Origin: Eledone cirrhosa
Taxonomy: Eukaryota
Direction: 5' to 3'
Assembly (NCBI GenBank): GCA_964016885.1
Contig: OZ024742.1
Coordinates: 22,568,001-22,632,000 of the forward strand
DNA: 64,000 bases
Part shown: positions 1 through 13,600 of the stretch, piece after piece
Layout of the letters: each line of letters opens with the position of its first letter
Numbering within the stretch: position 1 is the stretch's first letter
The notes under the pieces: generated by a model
Told to the model about the DNA's origin: nothing
Seen by the model: only the letters and a program-made list of their open reading frames with translations
The model's database searches: none
Position numbers and translations under genes: made by a program

Positions 1-384
1 GGCGGTATCAAATTACCAAGAGATTCCTCCCTCTTCTGTCACCTTAACTCACTGAAACAGAGACACAAGTATCGCGGTATCAAATTACCAGGAGAATCCC
101 CCCACTTCTGTCACCTTAACTCACTGAAATATAGACACAAGTATCTCGGTATCAAATTACCAAGAGATTCCCACTCTTCTGTCCCCTTAACTCACTGAAA
201 CAGAGACACAAGTATCGCGGTATCAAATTACCAAGAGATTCCCCACTCTTCTGTCACATTAACTCACTGTAACAGAGACACAAGTATCGCGGTATCAAAT
301 TACCAGGAGATTCCCCCCTCTTCTGTCACCCTAACTCACTGAAACAGAGACACAAATATCGCGGTAATAAATTACCAAGATATT

Positions 385-1311
385 CCAACGCCCTGTCACG
401 TTAACACACTAAAATATAGACACAAGTATCGCGGTATCAAATTACCAAGAGATTCCCCCTCTTCTGTCACCTTAACTCACTAAAACAGAGACACACGTAT
501 CGCGCTATCAAATTACCAAGAGATTCCCCCCTCTTCTGTCACCTTAATTCACTGAAACAGAGACACAAGTATCGCGGTATCAAATTACCAAGATATTCCC
601 ACTCTTCTGTCACCTTAACTCACTGAAACAGAGACACAAGTATCCGGGTATCAAATTACCAGGAGATTCCCCCCTCTTCTGTCACCTTAACTCACTGACA
701 CAGAGACACAAGTATCGCTGTATCAAATTACCAAGAGATTACCACACTTCTGTCACCTTAACTCACTGAAACAGAGACACAAGTATCGCGGTATCACATT
801 ACCTAGAGATTCCCCACTCTTCTGTCACCTTAACTCAATAAAACAGAGACACAAGTATCGCGGTATCAAATTACCAAGAGATTCCCACTCTTCTGTCACC
901 TTAACTCACTGAAATATAGACACAAGTATCTCGGTATCAAATTACCAAGAGATTCCCACTCTTCTGTCACCTTAACTCACTGAAACAGAGACACAAGTAT
1001 CGCGGTATCAAATTACCAAGAGATTCCCCACTCTTCTGTCACCTTAACTCGCTGAAACAGAGACACAAGTATCGCGGTATCAAATTACCAAGAGATTACC
1101 ACTCTTCTGTCACCTTAACTCACTGAAACAGAGACACAAGTATCGCGGTATCAAATTACCAAGAGATTCCCACTCTTCTGTCACATTAACTCACTGAAAC
1201 AGAGACACAAGTATCGCGGTATCAAATTACCAGGAGATTCCCCCCTCTTCTGTCACCTTAACTCACTGAAACAGAGACACAAGTATCGCGGTAATAAATT
1301 ACCAAGATATT
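385..1311. repeat. 13-monomer higher-order repeat unit (~927 bp)
   Basis: The divergent marker monomer CCAACGCCCTGTCACGTTAACACACTAAAATATAG occurs at 385 and 1312 (927 bp apart), followed both times by the same order of variant monomers. Confidence 0.8.
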
Positions 1312-3799
1312 CCAACGCCCTGTCACGTTAACACACTAAAATATAGACACAAGTATCGCGGTATCAAATTACCAAGAGATTCCCCCACTTCTGTCACCTT
1401 AACTCACTAAAACAGAGACACACGTATCGCGGTATCAAATTACCAAGAGATTCCCCCCTCTTCTGTCATCTTAATTCACTGAAACAGAGACACGAGTATC
1501 GCGGTATCAAATTACCAAGATATTCCCACTCTTCTGTCATCTTAACTCACTGAAACAGAGACACAAGTATCCCGGTATCAAATTACCAAGAGATTCCCCA
1601 CTCTTCTGTCACATTAACTCACTGAAACAGAGACACAAGTATCGCGGTATCAAATTATCAAGAGATTCCCACGCTCTGTCACGTTAACTCACTAAAATAT
1701 AGACACAAGTATCGCGGTATCAAATTACCAAGAGATTCCCCCTCTTCTGTCACCTTAACTCTCTAAAACAGAGACACCAGTATCGCGGTATCAAATTACC
1801 AAGAGATTCCCACTCTTCTGTCACATTAACTCACTGAAACAGAGACACAAGTATCGCGGTATCAAATTATCAAGAGATTCCCACGCTCTGTCACGTTAAC
1901 TCACTAAAATATAGACACAAGTATCGCGGTATCAAATTACCGAGAGATTCCCCCTCTTCTGTCACCTTAACTCACTGTAACAGAGACACAAGTATCGCGG
2001 TAATAAATTACCAAGAGATTCCCACTCTTCTGTTACCTTAACTCACTGAAACAGAGACACAAGTATCTCGGTATCAAATTACCAAGAGATTCCCACTCTT
2101 CTGTAACCTTAACTCACTGAAACAGAGACACAAGTATCGCAGTATCAAATTACCAAGAGATTCCCACTCTTCTGTCACCTTAACTCACTGAAATATAGAC
2201 ACAACTATCTCGGTATCAAATTACCAAGAGATTCCCACTCTTCTGTAACCTTAACTCACTGAAACAGAGACACAAGTATCGCGGTATCAAATTACCAAGA
2301 TATTCCACTCTTCTGTCACCTTAACTCACTGAAACAGAGACACAAGTATCCCGGTATCAAATTACCAGGAGATTCCCCCCTCTTCTGTCACCTTAACTCA
2401 CTGAAACAGAGACACAAGTATCGCTGTATCAAATTACCAAGAGATTACCACTCTTCTGTCACCTTAACTCACTGAAACAGAGACACAAGTATCGCGGTAT
2501 CAAATTACCAAGAGATTCCCACTCTTCTGTCACCTTAACACACTAAAATATAGACACAAGTATCTCGGTATCAAATTACCAAGAGATGCCCACTCTTCTG
2601 TCACCTTAACTCACTGAAACAGAGACACAAGTATCGCGGAATCAAATTAACAAGAGGTTCCCCACTCTTCTGTCACCTTAACTCACTGAAACAGAGACAC
2701 AAGTATCGCGCTATCAAATTACCAAGAGATACCACTCTTCTGTCACCTTAAATCAGTGAAACAGAGACACAAGTATCGCGGTATCAAATTACCAAGAGAT
2801 TCCCACTCTTCTGTCACCTTAACTCACTGAAATATAGACACAAGTATCTCGGTATCAAATTACCAAGAGATTCCCACTCTTCTGTCACGTTAACTATCTA
2901 AAATATAGACACAAGTATCGCGGTATCAAATTACCAAGAGATTCCCCCCTTTTCTGTCACCTTAATTCACTGAAACAGAGACACAAGTATCGCGGTATCA
3001 AATTACCAAGATATTCCCACTCTTCTGTCACCTTAACTCACTGAAACAGAGACATAAGTATCGCGGTATCAACTTACCAAGAGATTCCCCACTCTTCTGT
3101 CACCTTAATTCACTGAAACAGAGACACAAGTATCGCGGTATCAAATTACCAAGATATTCCCACACTTCTGTCACCTTAACTCACTGAAACAGAGACACAA
3201 GTATCCCGGTATCAAATTACCAGGAGATTCCCCCCTCTTCTGTCACCTTAACTCAGTGAAACAGAGACACAAGTATCTCGGTATCAAATTACCAAGAGAT
3301 TCCCACTCTTCTGTCACCTTAAGTCACTGAAACAGAGACATAAGTATCGCGGTATCAAATTACCAAGAGATTCCCCACTCTTCGGTCACCTTAACTCGCT
3401 GAAACAGAGACACAAGTATCGCGGTATCAAATTACCAGGAGATTCCCCCCTCTTCTGTCACCTTAATTCACTGAAACAGAGACACAAGTATCTCGGTATC
3501 AAATTACCAAGAGATTCCCCCACTCTTCTGTCACCTTAATTCACTGAAACAGAGACACAAGTATCGCGGTATCAAATTACCAAGATATTCCCACTCTTCT
3601 GTCACCTGAACTCACTGAAACAGAGACACAAGTATCCCGGTATCAAATTACCAGGAGCTTCCCCCCTCTTCTGTCACCTTAACTCACTGAAACAGAGACA
3701 CAAGTATCGCTGTATCAAATTACCAAGAGATTACCGCTCTTCTGTCAACTTAACTCACTGAAACAGAGACACAAGTATCGCGGTATCAAATTACCAAGA

Positions 3800-6700
3800 G
3801 ATTCCCCACTCTTCTGTCACCTTGTCTCACTGAAACAGAGACACAAGTATGGCGGTATCAAATTACCAAGAGATTCCTCCCTCTTCTGTCACCTTAACTC
3901 ACTGAAACAGAGACACAAGTATCGCGGTATCAAATTACCAGGAGAATCCCCCCACCTCTGTCACATTAACTCACTGAAACAGAGACACAATATCGCGGTA
4001 ATAAATTACCAAGATATTCCCACTCTTCTGTCACCTTTACTCACTGAAACAGAGACACAAGTATCGCGGTATCAATTTATCAAGAGATTCCCACTCTTCT
4101 GTCACCTTGACTCACTGAAACAGAGACATAAGTATCGCGGTATCAAATTACCAAGAGATTCCCACTCTTCTGTCACCTTAACTCACTGAAACAGAGACAC
4201 AAGTATCGCGGTATCAAATTACCAGGAGATTCCCCCCTCTTCTGTCATCTTAACTCACTGAAACAGAGACACAAGTATCGCGGTAATAAATTACCAAGAG
4301 ATTCCCACTCTTCTGTCACCTTAACTCACTGAAACAGAGACACAAGTATCGCGGTATCAAATTACCAAGATATTCCCACTCTTCTGTCACCTTAACTCAG
4401 TGAAACAGAGACACAAGTATCCCGGTATCAAATTACCAGGAGATTCGCCCCTCTTCTGTCACCTTAACTCACTGAAACAGAGACACAAGTATCGCTGTAT
4501 CAAATTACCAAGAGATTACCGCTCTTCTGTCACCTTAACTCACTGAAACAGAGACACAAGTATCGCGGTATCAAATTACCAAAAGATTCCCACTCTTCTG
4601 TCACATTAACTCACTGAAATATAGACACAAGTATCTCGGTATCAAATTACCAAGAGATTCCCACTCTTCTGTCACCTTAACTCACTGAAACAGAGACACA
4701 AGTATCGCGGTATCAAATTACCAAGAGATTCCCACTCTTCTGTCACAATAACTCACTGTAACAGAGACACAAGTATCGCGGTATCAAATTACCAGGAGAT
4801 TCCCCCCTCTTCTGTCACCTTAACTCACTGAAACAGAGACACAAGTATCGCGGAAATAAATTACCAAGATATTCCAACGCCCTGTCACGTTAACACACTA
4901 AAATATAGACACAAGTATCGCGGTATCAAATTACCAAGATATTCCCACTCTTCTGTCACCTTAACTCACTGAAACAGAGACACAGGTATCGCGGTATCAA
5001 ATTACCAAGAGATTCCCACTCTTCTGTCACATTAACTCACTGAAACAGAGACACAAGTATCGCGGTATCAAATTACCAAGAGATTCCCCACTCTTCTGTC
5101 ACCTTAACTCGCTGAAACAGAGACACAAGTATCGCGGTATCAAATTACCAAGATATTCCCACTCTTCTGTCACCTTAACTCACTGAAACAGAGACACAAG
5201 TATCCCGGTATCAAATTACCAGGAGATTCCCCCCTCTTCTGTCACCTTAACTCACTGAAACAGAGACACAAGTATCGCGGTATCAAATTAGCAAGAGATT
5301 ACCACTCTTCTGTCACCTTAACTCACTGAAACAGAGACACAAATATCGCGGTATCAAATTACCAAGAGATTCCCACTCTTCTGTCACATTAACTCACTGA
5401 AACAGAGACACAAGTATCGCGGTATCAAATTACCAGGAGATTCCCCCCTCCTCTGTCACCTTAACTCACTGAAACAGAGACACAAGTATCGCGGTAATAA
5501 ATTACCAAGATATTCCAACGCCCTGTCACGTTAACACACTAAAATATAGACACAAGTATCGCGGTAATAAATTACCAAGAGATTCCCACTCTTCTGTCAC
5601 CTTAACTCACTGAAACAGAGACACAAGTATCGCGGTATCAAATTACCAAGAGATTCCCCACTCTTCTGTCACCTTGTCTCACTGAAACAGAGACACAAGT
5701 ATGGCGGTATCAAATTACCAAGAGATTCCTCCCTCTTCTGTCACCTTAACTCACTGAAACAGAGACACAAGTATCGCGGTATCAAATTACCAGGAGAATC
5801 CCCCCACTTCTGTCACCTTAACTCACTGAAACAGAGACACAATATCGCGGTAATAAATTACCAAGATATTCCCACTCTTCTGTCACCTTTACTCACTGAA
5901 ACAGAGACACAAGTATCGCGGTATCAAATTATCAAGAGATTCCCACTCTTCTGTCACCTTGACTCACTGAAACAGAGACATAAGTATCGCGGTATCAAAT
6001 TACCAAGAGATTCCCACTCTTCTGTCACCTTAACTCACTGAAACAGAGACACAAGTATCGCGGTATCAAATTACCAGGAGATTCCCCCCTCTTCTGTCAT
6101 CTTAACTCACTGAAACAGAGACACAAGTATCGCGGTAATAAATTACCAAGAGATTCCCACTCTTCTGTCACCTTAACTCACTGAAACAGAGACACAAGTA
6201 TCGCGGTATCAAATTACCAAGATATTCCCACTCTTCTGTCACCTTAACTCAGTGAAACAGAGACACAAGTATCCCGGTATCAAATTACCAGGAGATTCGC
6301 CCCTCTTCTGTCACCTTAACTCACTGAAACAGAGACACAAGTATCGCTGTATCAAATTACCAAGAGATTACCGCTCTTCTGTCACCTTAACTCACTGAAA
6401 CAGAGACACAAGTATCGCGGTATCAAATTACCAAAAGATTCCCACTCTTCTGTCACATTAACTCACTGAAATATAGACACAAGTATCTCGGTATCAAATT
6501 ACCAAGAGATTCCCACTCTTCTGTCACCTTAACTCACTGAAACAGAGACACAAGTATCGCGGTATCAAATTACCAAGAGATTCCCACTCTTCTGTCACAA
6601 TAACTCACTGTAACAGAGACACAAGTATCGCGGTATCAAATTACCAGGAGATTCCCCCCTCTTCTGTCACCTTAACTCACTGAAACAGAGACACAAGTAT

Positions 6701-8090
6701 CGCGGAAATAAATTACCAAGATATTCCAACGCCCTGTCACGTTAACACACTAAAATATAGACACAAGTATCGCGGTATCAAATTACCAAGATATTCCCAC
6801 TCTTCTGTCACCTTAACTCACTGAAACAGAGACACAGGTATCGCGGTATCAAATTACCAAGAGATTCCCACTCTTCTGTCACATTAACTCACTGAAACAG
6901 AGACACAAGTATCGCGGTATCAAATTACCAAGAGATTCCCCACTCTTCTGTCACCTTAACTCGCTGAAACAGAGACACAAGTATCGCGGTATCAAATTAC
7001 CAAGATATTCCCACTCTTCTGTCACCTTAACTCACTGAAACAGAGACACAAGTATCCCGGTATCAAATTACCAGGAGATTCCCCCCTCTTCTGTCACCTT
7101 AACTCACTGAAACAGAGACACAAGTATCGCGGTATCAAATTACCAAGAGATTACCACTCTTCTGTCACCTTAACTCACTGAAACAGAGACACAAATATCG
7201 CGGTATCAAATTACCAAGAGATTCCCACTCTTCTGTCACATTAACTCACTGAAACAGAGACACAAGTATCGCGGTATCAAATTACCAGGAGATTCCCCCC
7301 TCCTCTGTCACCTTAACTCACTGAAACAGAGACACAAGTATCGCGGTAATAAATTACCAAGATATTCCAACGCCCTGTCACGTTAACACACTAAAATATA
7401 GACACAAGTATCGCGGTAATAAATTACCAAGAGATTCCCACTCTTCTGTCACCTTAACTCACTGAAACAGAGACACAAGTATCGCGGTATCAAATTACCA
7501 AGAGATTCCCCACTCTTCTGTCACCTTGTCTCACTGAAACAGAGACAGAAGTATGGCGGTATCAAATTACCAAGAGATTCCTCCCTCTTCTGTCACCTTA
7601 ACTCACTGAAACAGAGACACAAGTATCGCGGTATCAAATTACCAGGAGAATCCCCCCACTTCTGTCACCTTAACTCACTGAAACAGAGACACAATATCGC
7701 GGTAATAAATTACCAAGATATTCCCACTCTTCTGTCACCTTTACTCACTGAAACAGAGACACAAGTATCGCGGTATCAAATTATCAAGAGATTCCCACTC
7801 TTCTGTCACCTTGACTCACTGAAACAGAGACATAAGTATCGCGGTATCAAATTACCAAGAGATTCCCACTCTTCTGTCACCTTAACTCACTGAAACAGAG
7901 ACACAAGTATCGCGGTATCAAATTACCAGGAGATTCCCCCCTCTTCTGTCATCTTAACTCACTGAAACAGAGACACAAGTATCGCGGTAATAAATTACCA
8001 AGAGATTCCCACTCTTCTGTCACCTTAACTCACTGAAACAGAGACACAAGTATCGCGGTATCAAATTACCAAGATATTCCCACTCTTCTG
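3800..8090. repeat. Tandem duplication of a 26-monomer block (period 1852 bp, just over 2 copies)
   Basis: The rare variant GGCGGTATC...GATTCCTCCC starts at 3851, 5703 and 7555. Other private variants (GATTCGCCC, CCAAAAGA, CACAATAA) are duplicated between the first two copies. Confidence 0.9.
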
Positions 8091-11000
8091 TCACCTTAAC
8101 TCACTGAAACAGAGACACAAGTATCCCGGTATCAAATTACCAGGAGATTCCCCCCTCTTCTGTCACCTTAACTCACTGAAACAGAGACACAAGTATCGCT
8201 GTATCAAATTACCAAGAGATTACCACTCTTCTGTCACCTTAACTCACTGAAACAGAGACACAAGTATCGCGGTATCAAATTACCAAGAGATTCCCACTCT
8301 TCTGTCACCTTAACTCACTGAAATATAGACACAAGTATCTCGGTATCAAATTACCAAGAGATTCCCACTCTTCTGTCACCTTAACTCACTGAAGCAGAGA
8401 CACAAGTATCGCGGTATCAAATTACCAAGAGATTCCCACTCTTCTGTCACATTAAATCACTGTAACAGAGACAGAAGTATCGCGGTATCAAATTACCAGG
8501 AGATTCCCCCCTCTTCTGTCACCTTAACTCACTGAAACAGAGACACAAGTATCGCGGAAATAAATTACCAAGATATTCCAACGCCCTGTAACGTTAACAC
8601 ACTAAAATATAGACACAAGTATCGCGGTATCAAATTACCAAGAGATTCCCCCTCTTCTGTCACCTTAACTCACTAAAACAGAGACACACGTATCGCGGTA
8701 TCAAATTACCAAGAGATTCCCCCCTCTTCTGTCACCTTAATTCACTGAAACAGAGACACAAGTATCGCGGTATCAAATTACCAAGATATTCCCACTCTTC
8801 TGTCACCTTAACTCACTGAAACAGAGACACAAGTATCCGGGTATCAAATTACCAGGAGATTCCCCCCTCTTCTGTCACCTTAACTCACTGACACAGAGAC
8901 ACAAGTATCGCTGTATCAAATTACCAAGAGATTACCACACTTCTGTCACCTTAACTCACTGAAACAGAGACACAAGTATCGCGGTATCAAATTACCTAGA
9001 GATTCCCCACTCTTCTGTCACCTTAACTCAATAAAACAGAGACACAAGTATCGCGGTATCAAATTACCAAGAGATTCCCCACTCTTCTGTCACCTTAACT
9101 CGCTGAAACAGAGACACAAGTATCGCGGTATCAAATTACCAAGATATTCCCACTCTTCTGTCACCTTAACTCACTGAAACAGAGACACAAGTATCGCGGT
9201 ATCAAATTACCAAGAGATTCCCACTCTTCTGTCACCTTAACTCACTGAAACGGAGACACAAGTATCGCGGTATCAAATTACCAAGAGATTCCCCACTCTT
9301 CTGTCACCTTAACTCGCTGAAACAGAGACACAAGTATCGCGGTATCAAATTACCAAGATATTCCCACTCTTCTGTCACCTTAACTCACTGAAACAGAGAC
9401 ACAGGTATCGCGGTATCAAATTACCAAGAGATTCCCACTCTTCTGTCACATTAACTCACTGAAACAGAGAGACAAGTATCGCGGTATCAAATTACCGAGA
9501 GATTCCCCACTCTTCTGTCACCTTAACTCGCTGAAACAGAGACACAAGTATCGCGGTATCAAATTACCAAGATATTCCCACTCTTCTGTCACCTTAACTC
9601 ACTGAAACAGAGACACAAGTATCCCGGTATCAAATTACCAGGAGATTCCCCCCTCTTCTGTCACCTTAACTCACTGAAACAGAGACACAAGTATCGCGGT
9701 ATCAAATTACCAAGAGATTACCACTCTTCTGTCACCTTAACTCACTGAAACAGAGACACAAATATCGCGGTATCAAATTACCAAGAGATTCCCACTCTTC
9801 TGTCACATTAACTCACTGAAACAGAGACACAAGTATCGCGGTATCAAATTACCAGGAGATTCCCCCCTCCTCTGTCACCTTAACTCACTGAAACAGAGAC
9901 ACAAGTATCGCGGTAATAAATTACCAAGATATTCCAACGCCCTGTCACGTTAACACACTAAAATATAGACACAAGTATCGCGGTAATAAATTACCAAGAG
10001 ATTCCCACTCTTCTGTCACCTTAACTCACTGAAACAGAGACACAAGTATCGCGGTATCAAATTACCAAGATATTCCCACTCTTCTGTCACCTTAACTCAC
10101 TGAAACAGAGACACAAGTATCCCGGTATCAAATTACCAGGAGATTCCCCCCACTTCTGTCACCTTAACTCACTGAAACAGAGACACAAGTATCGCGGTAT
10201 CAAATTACCAAGAGATTACCACTCTTCTGTCACCTTAACTCACTGAAACAGAGACACAAGTATCGCGGTATCAAATTACCAAGAGATTCCCACTCTTCTG
10301 TCACATTAACTCACTGAAACAGAGACACAAGTATCGCGGTATCAAATTACCAGGAGATTCCCCCCTCTTCTGTCACCTTAACTCATTGAAACAGAGACAC
10401 AAGTATCGCGGTAATAAATTACCAAGATATTCCAACGCCCTGTCACGTTAACACACTAAAATATAGACACAAGTATCGCGGTATCAAATTACCAAGAGAT
10501 TCCCCCTCTTCTGTCACCTTAACTCACTAAAACAGAGACACAAGTATCGCGGTATCAAATTACCAAGAGATTCCCCCCTCTTCTGTCACCTTGTCTCACT
10601 GAAACAGAGACACAAGTATGGCGGTATCAAATTACCAAGAGATTCCTCCCTCTTCTGTCACCTTAACTCACTGAAACAGAGACACAAGTATCGCGGTATC
10701 AAATTACCAGGAGAATCCCCCCACTTCTGTCACCTTAACTCACTGAAACAGAGACACAATATCGCGGTAATAAATTACCAAGATATTCCCACTCTTCTGT
10801 CACCTTTACTCACTGAAACAGAGACACAAGTATCGCGGTATCAAATTATCAAGAGATTCCCACTCTTCTGTCACCTTGACTCACTGAAACAGAGACATAA
10901 GTATCGCGGTATCAAATTACCAAGAGATTCCCACTCTTCTGTCCCCTTAACTCACTGAAACAGAGACACAAGTATCGCGGTATCAAATTACCAGGAGATT

Positions 11001-13600
11001 CCCCCCTCTTCTGTCATCTTAACTCACTGAAACAGAGACACAAGTATCGCGGTAATAAATTACCAAGAGATTCCCACTTTTCTGTCACCTTAACTCACTG
11101 AAACAGAGACACAAGTATCGCGGTATCAAATTACCAAGATATTCCCACTCTTCTGTCACCTTAACTCACTGAAACAGAGACACAAGTATCCCGGTATCAA
11201 ATTACCAGGAGATTCCCCCCTCTTCTGTCACCTTAACTCACTGAAACAGAGACACAAGTATCGCTGTATCAAATTACCAAGAGATTACCACTCTTCTGTC
11301 ACCTTAACTCACTGAAACAGAGACACAAGTATCGCGGTATCAAATTACCAAGAGATTCCCACTCTTCTGTCACCTTAACTCACTGAAATATAGACACAAG
11401 TATCTCGGTATCAAATTACCAAGAGATTCCCACTCTTCTGTCACCTTAACTCACTGAAACAGAGACACAAGTATCGCGGTATCAAATTACCAAGAGATTC
11501 CCACTCTTCTGTCACATTAAATCACTGTAACAGAGACAGAAGTATCGCGGTATCAAAATACCAGGAGATTCCCACTCTTCTGTCACCTTAACTCACTGAA
11601 ACAGAGACACAAGTATCGCGGAAATAAATTACCAAGATATTCCAACGCCCTGTAACGTTAACACACTAAAATATAGACACAAGTATCGCGGTATCAAATT
11701 ACCAAGAGATTCCCCCTCTTCTGTCACCTTAACTCACTAAAACAGAGACACACGTATCGCGGTATACAATTACCAAGAGATTCCCCCCTCTTCTGTCACC
11801 TTAATTCACTGAAACAGAGACACAAGTATCGCGGTATCAAATTACCAAGATATTCCCACTCTTCTGTCACCTTAACTCACTGAAACAGAGACACAAGTAT
11901 CCGGGTATCAAATTACCAGGAGATTCCCCCCTCTTCTGTCACCTTAACTCACTGACACAGAGACACAAGTATCGCTGTATCAAATTACCAAGAGATTACC
12001 ACACTTCTGTCACCTTAACTCACTGAAACAGAGACACAAGTATCGCGGTATCAAATTACCTAGAGATTCCCCACTCTTCTGTCACCTTAACTCAATAAAA
12101 CAGAGACACAAGTATCGCGGTATCAAATTACCAAGAGATTCCCCACTCTTCTGTCACCTTAACTCGCTGAAACAGAGACACAAGTATCGCGGTATCAAAT
12201 TACCAAGATATTCCCACTCTTCTGTCACCTTAACTCACTGAAACAGAGACACAAGTATCGCGGTATCAAATTACCAAGAGATTCCCACTCTTCTGTCACC
12301 TTAACTCACTGAAACAGTGACACAAGTATCGCGGTATCAAATTACCAAGAGATTCCCCACTCTTCTGTCACCTTAACTCGCTGAAACAGAGACACAAGTA
12401 TCGCGGTATCAAATTACCAAGATATTCCCACTCTTCTGTCACCTTAACTCACTGAAACAGAGACACAGGTATCGCGGTATCAAATTACCAAGAGATTCCC
12501 ACTCTTCTGTCACATTAACTCACTGAAACAGAGAGACAAGTATCGCGGTATCAAATTACCAAGAGATTCCCCACTCTTCTGTCACCTTAACTCGCTGAAA
12601 CAGAGACACAAGTATCGCGGTATCAAATTACCAAGATATTCCCACTCTTCTGTCACCTTAACTCACTGAAACAGAGACACAAGTATCCCGGTATCAAATT
12701 ACCAGGAGATTCCCCCCTCTTCTGTCACCTTAACTCACTGAAACAGAGACACAAGTATCGCGGTATCAAATTACCAAGAGATTACCACTCTTCTGTCACC
12801 TTAACTCACTGAAACAGAGACACAAATATCGCGGTATCAAATTACCAAGAGATTCCCACTCTTCTGTCACATTAACTCACTGAAACAGAGACACAAGTAT
12901 CGCGGTATCAAATTACCAGGAGATTCCCCCCTCCTCTGTCACCTTAACTCACTGAAACAGAGACACAAGTATCGCGGTAATAAATTACCAAGATATTCCA
13001 ACGCCCTGTCACGTTAACACACTAAAATATAGACACAAGTATCGCGGTAATAAATTACCAAGAGATTCCCACTCTTCTGTCACCTTAACTCACTGAAACA
13101 GAGACACAAGTATCGCGGTATCAAATTACCAAGATATTCCCACTCTTCTGTCACCTTAACTCACTGAAACAGAGACACAAGTATCCCGGTATCAAATTAC
13201 CAGGAGATTCCCCCCACTTCTGTCACCTTAACTCACTGAAACAGAGACACAAGTATCGCGGTATCAAATTACCAAGAGATTACCACTCTTCTGTCACCTT
13301 AACTCACTGAAACAGAGACACAAGTATCGCGGTATCAAATTACCAAGAGATTCCCACTCTTCTGTCACATTAACTCACTGAAACAGAGACACAAGTATCG
13401 CGGTATCAAATTACCAGGAGATTCCCCCCTCTTCTGTCACCTTAACTCATTGAAACAGAGACACAAGTATCGCGGTAATAAATTACCAAGATATTCCAAC
13501 GCCCTGTCACGTTAACACACTAAAATATAGACACAAGTATCGCGGTATCAAATTACCAAGAGATTCCCCCTCTTCTGTCACCTTAACTCACTAAAACAGA
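7520..13600. repeat. Tandem duplication of a 43-monomer block (period ~3065 bp)
   Basis: GGCGG variant at 7555/10620; TGTAACAGAGACAGAAG at 8461/11526; TAG of ACCTAGAG at 8997/12061. Confidence 0.88.

Noticed and set aside
4130-4200. Tandem tRNA gene array (length; TCC at the loop centre; GGTATCAAATTACC loosely B-box-like)
   Set aside because: No 7-bp acceptor stem, no GG in a D-loop, no GTTCRA T-loop in the right place, a pyrimidine at the position-37 equivalent, and a variable loop length. Kept only as a structural hypothesis.
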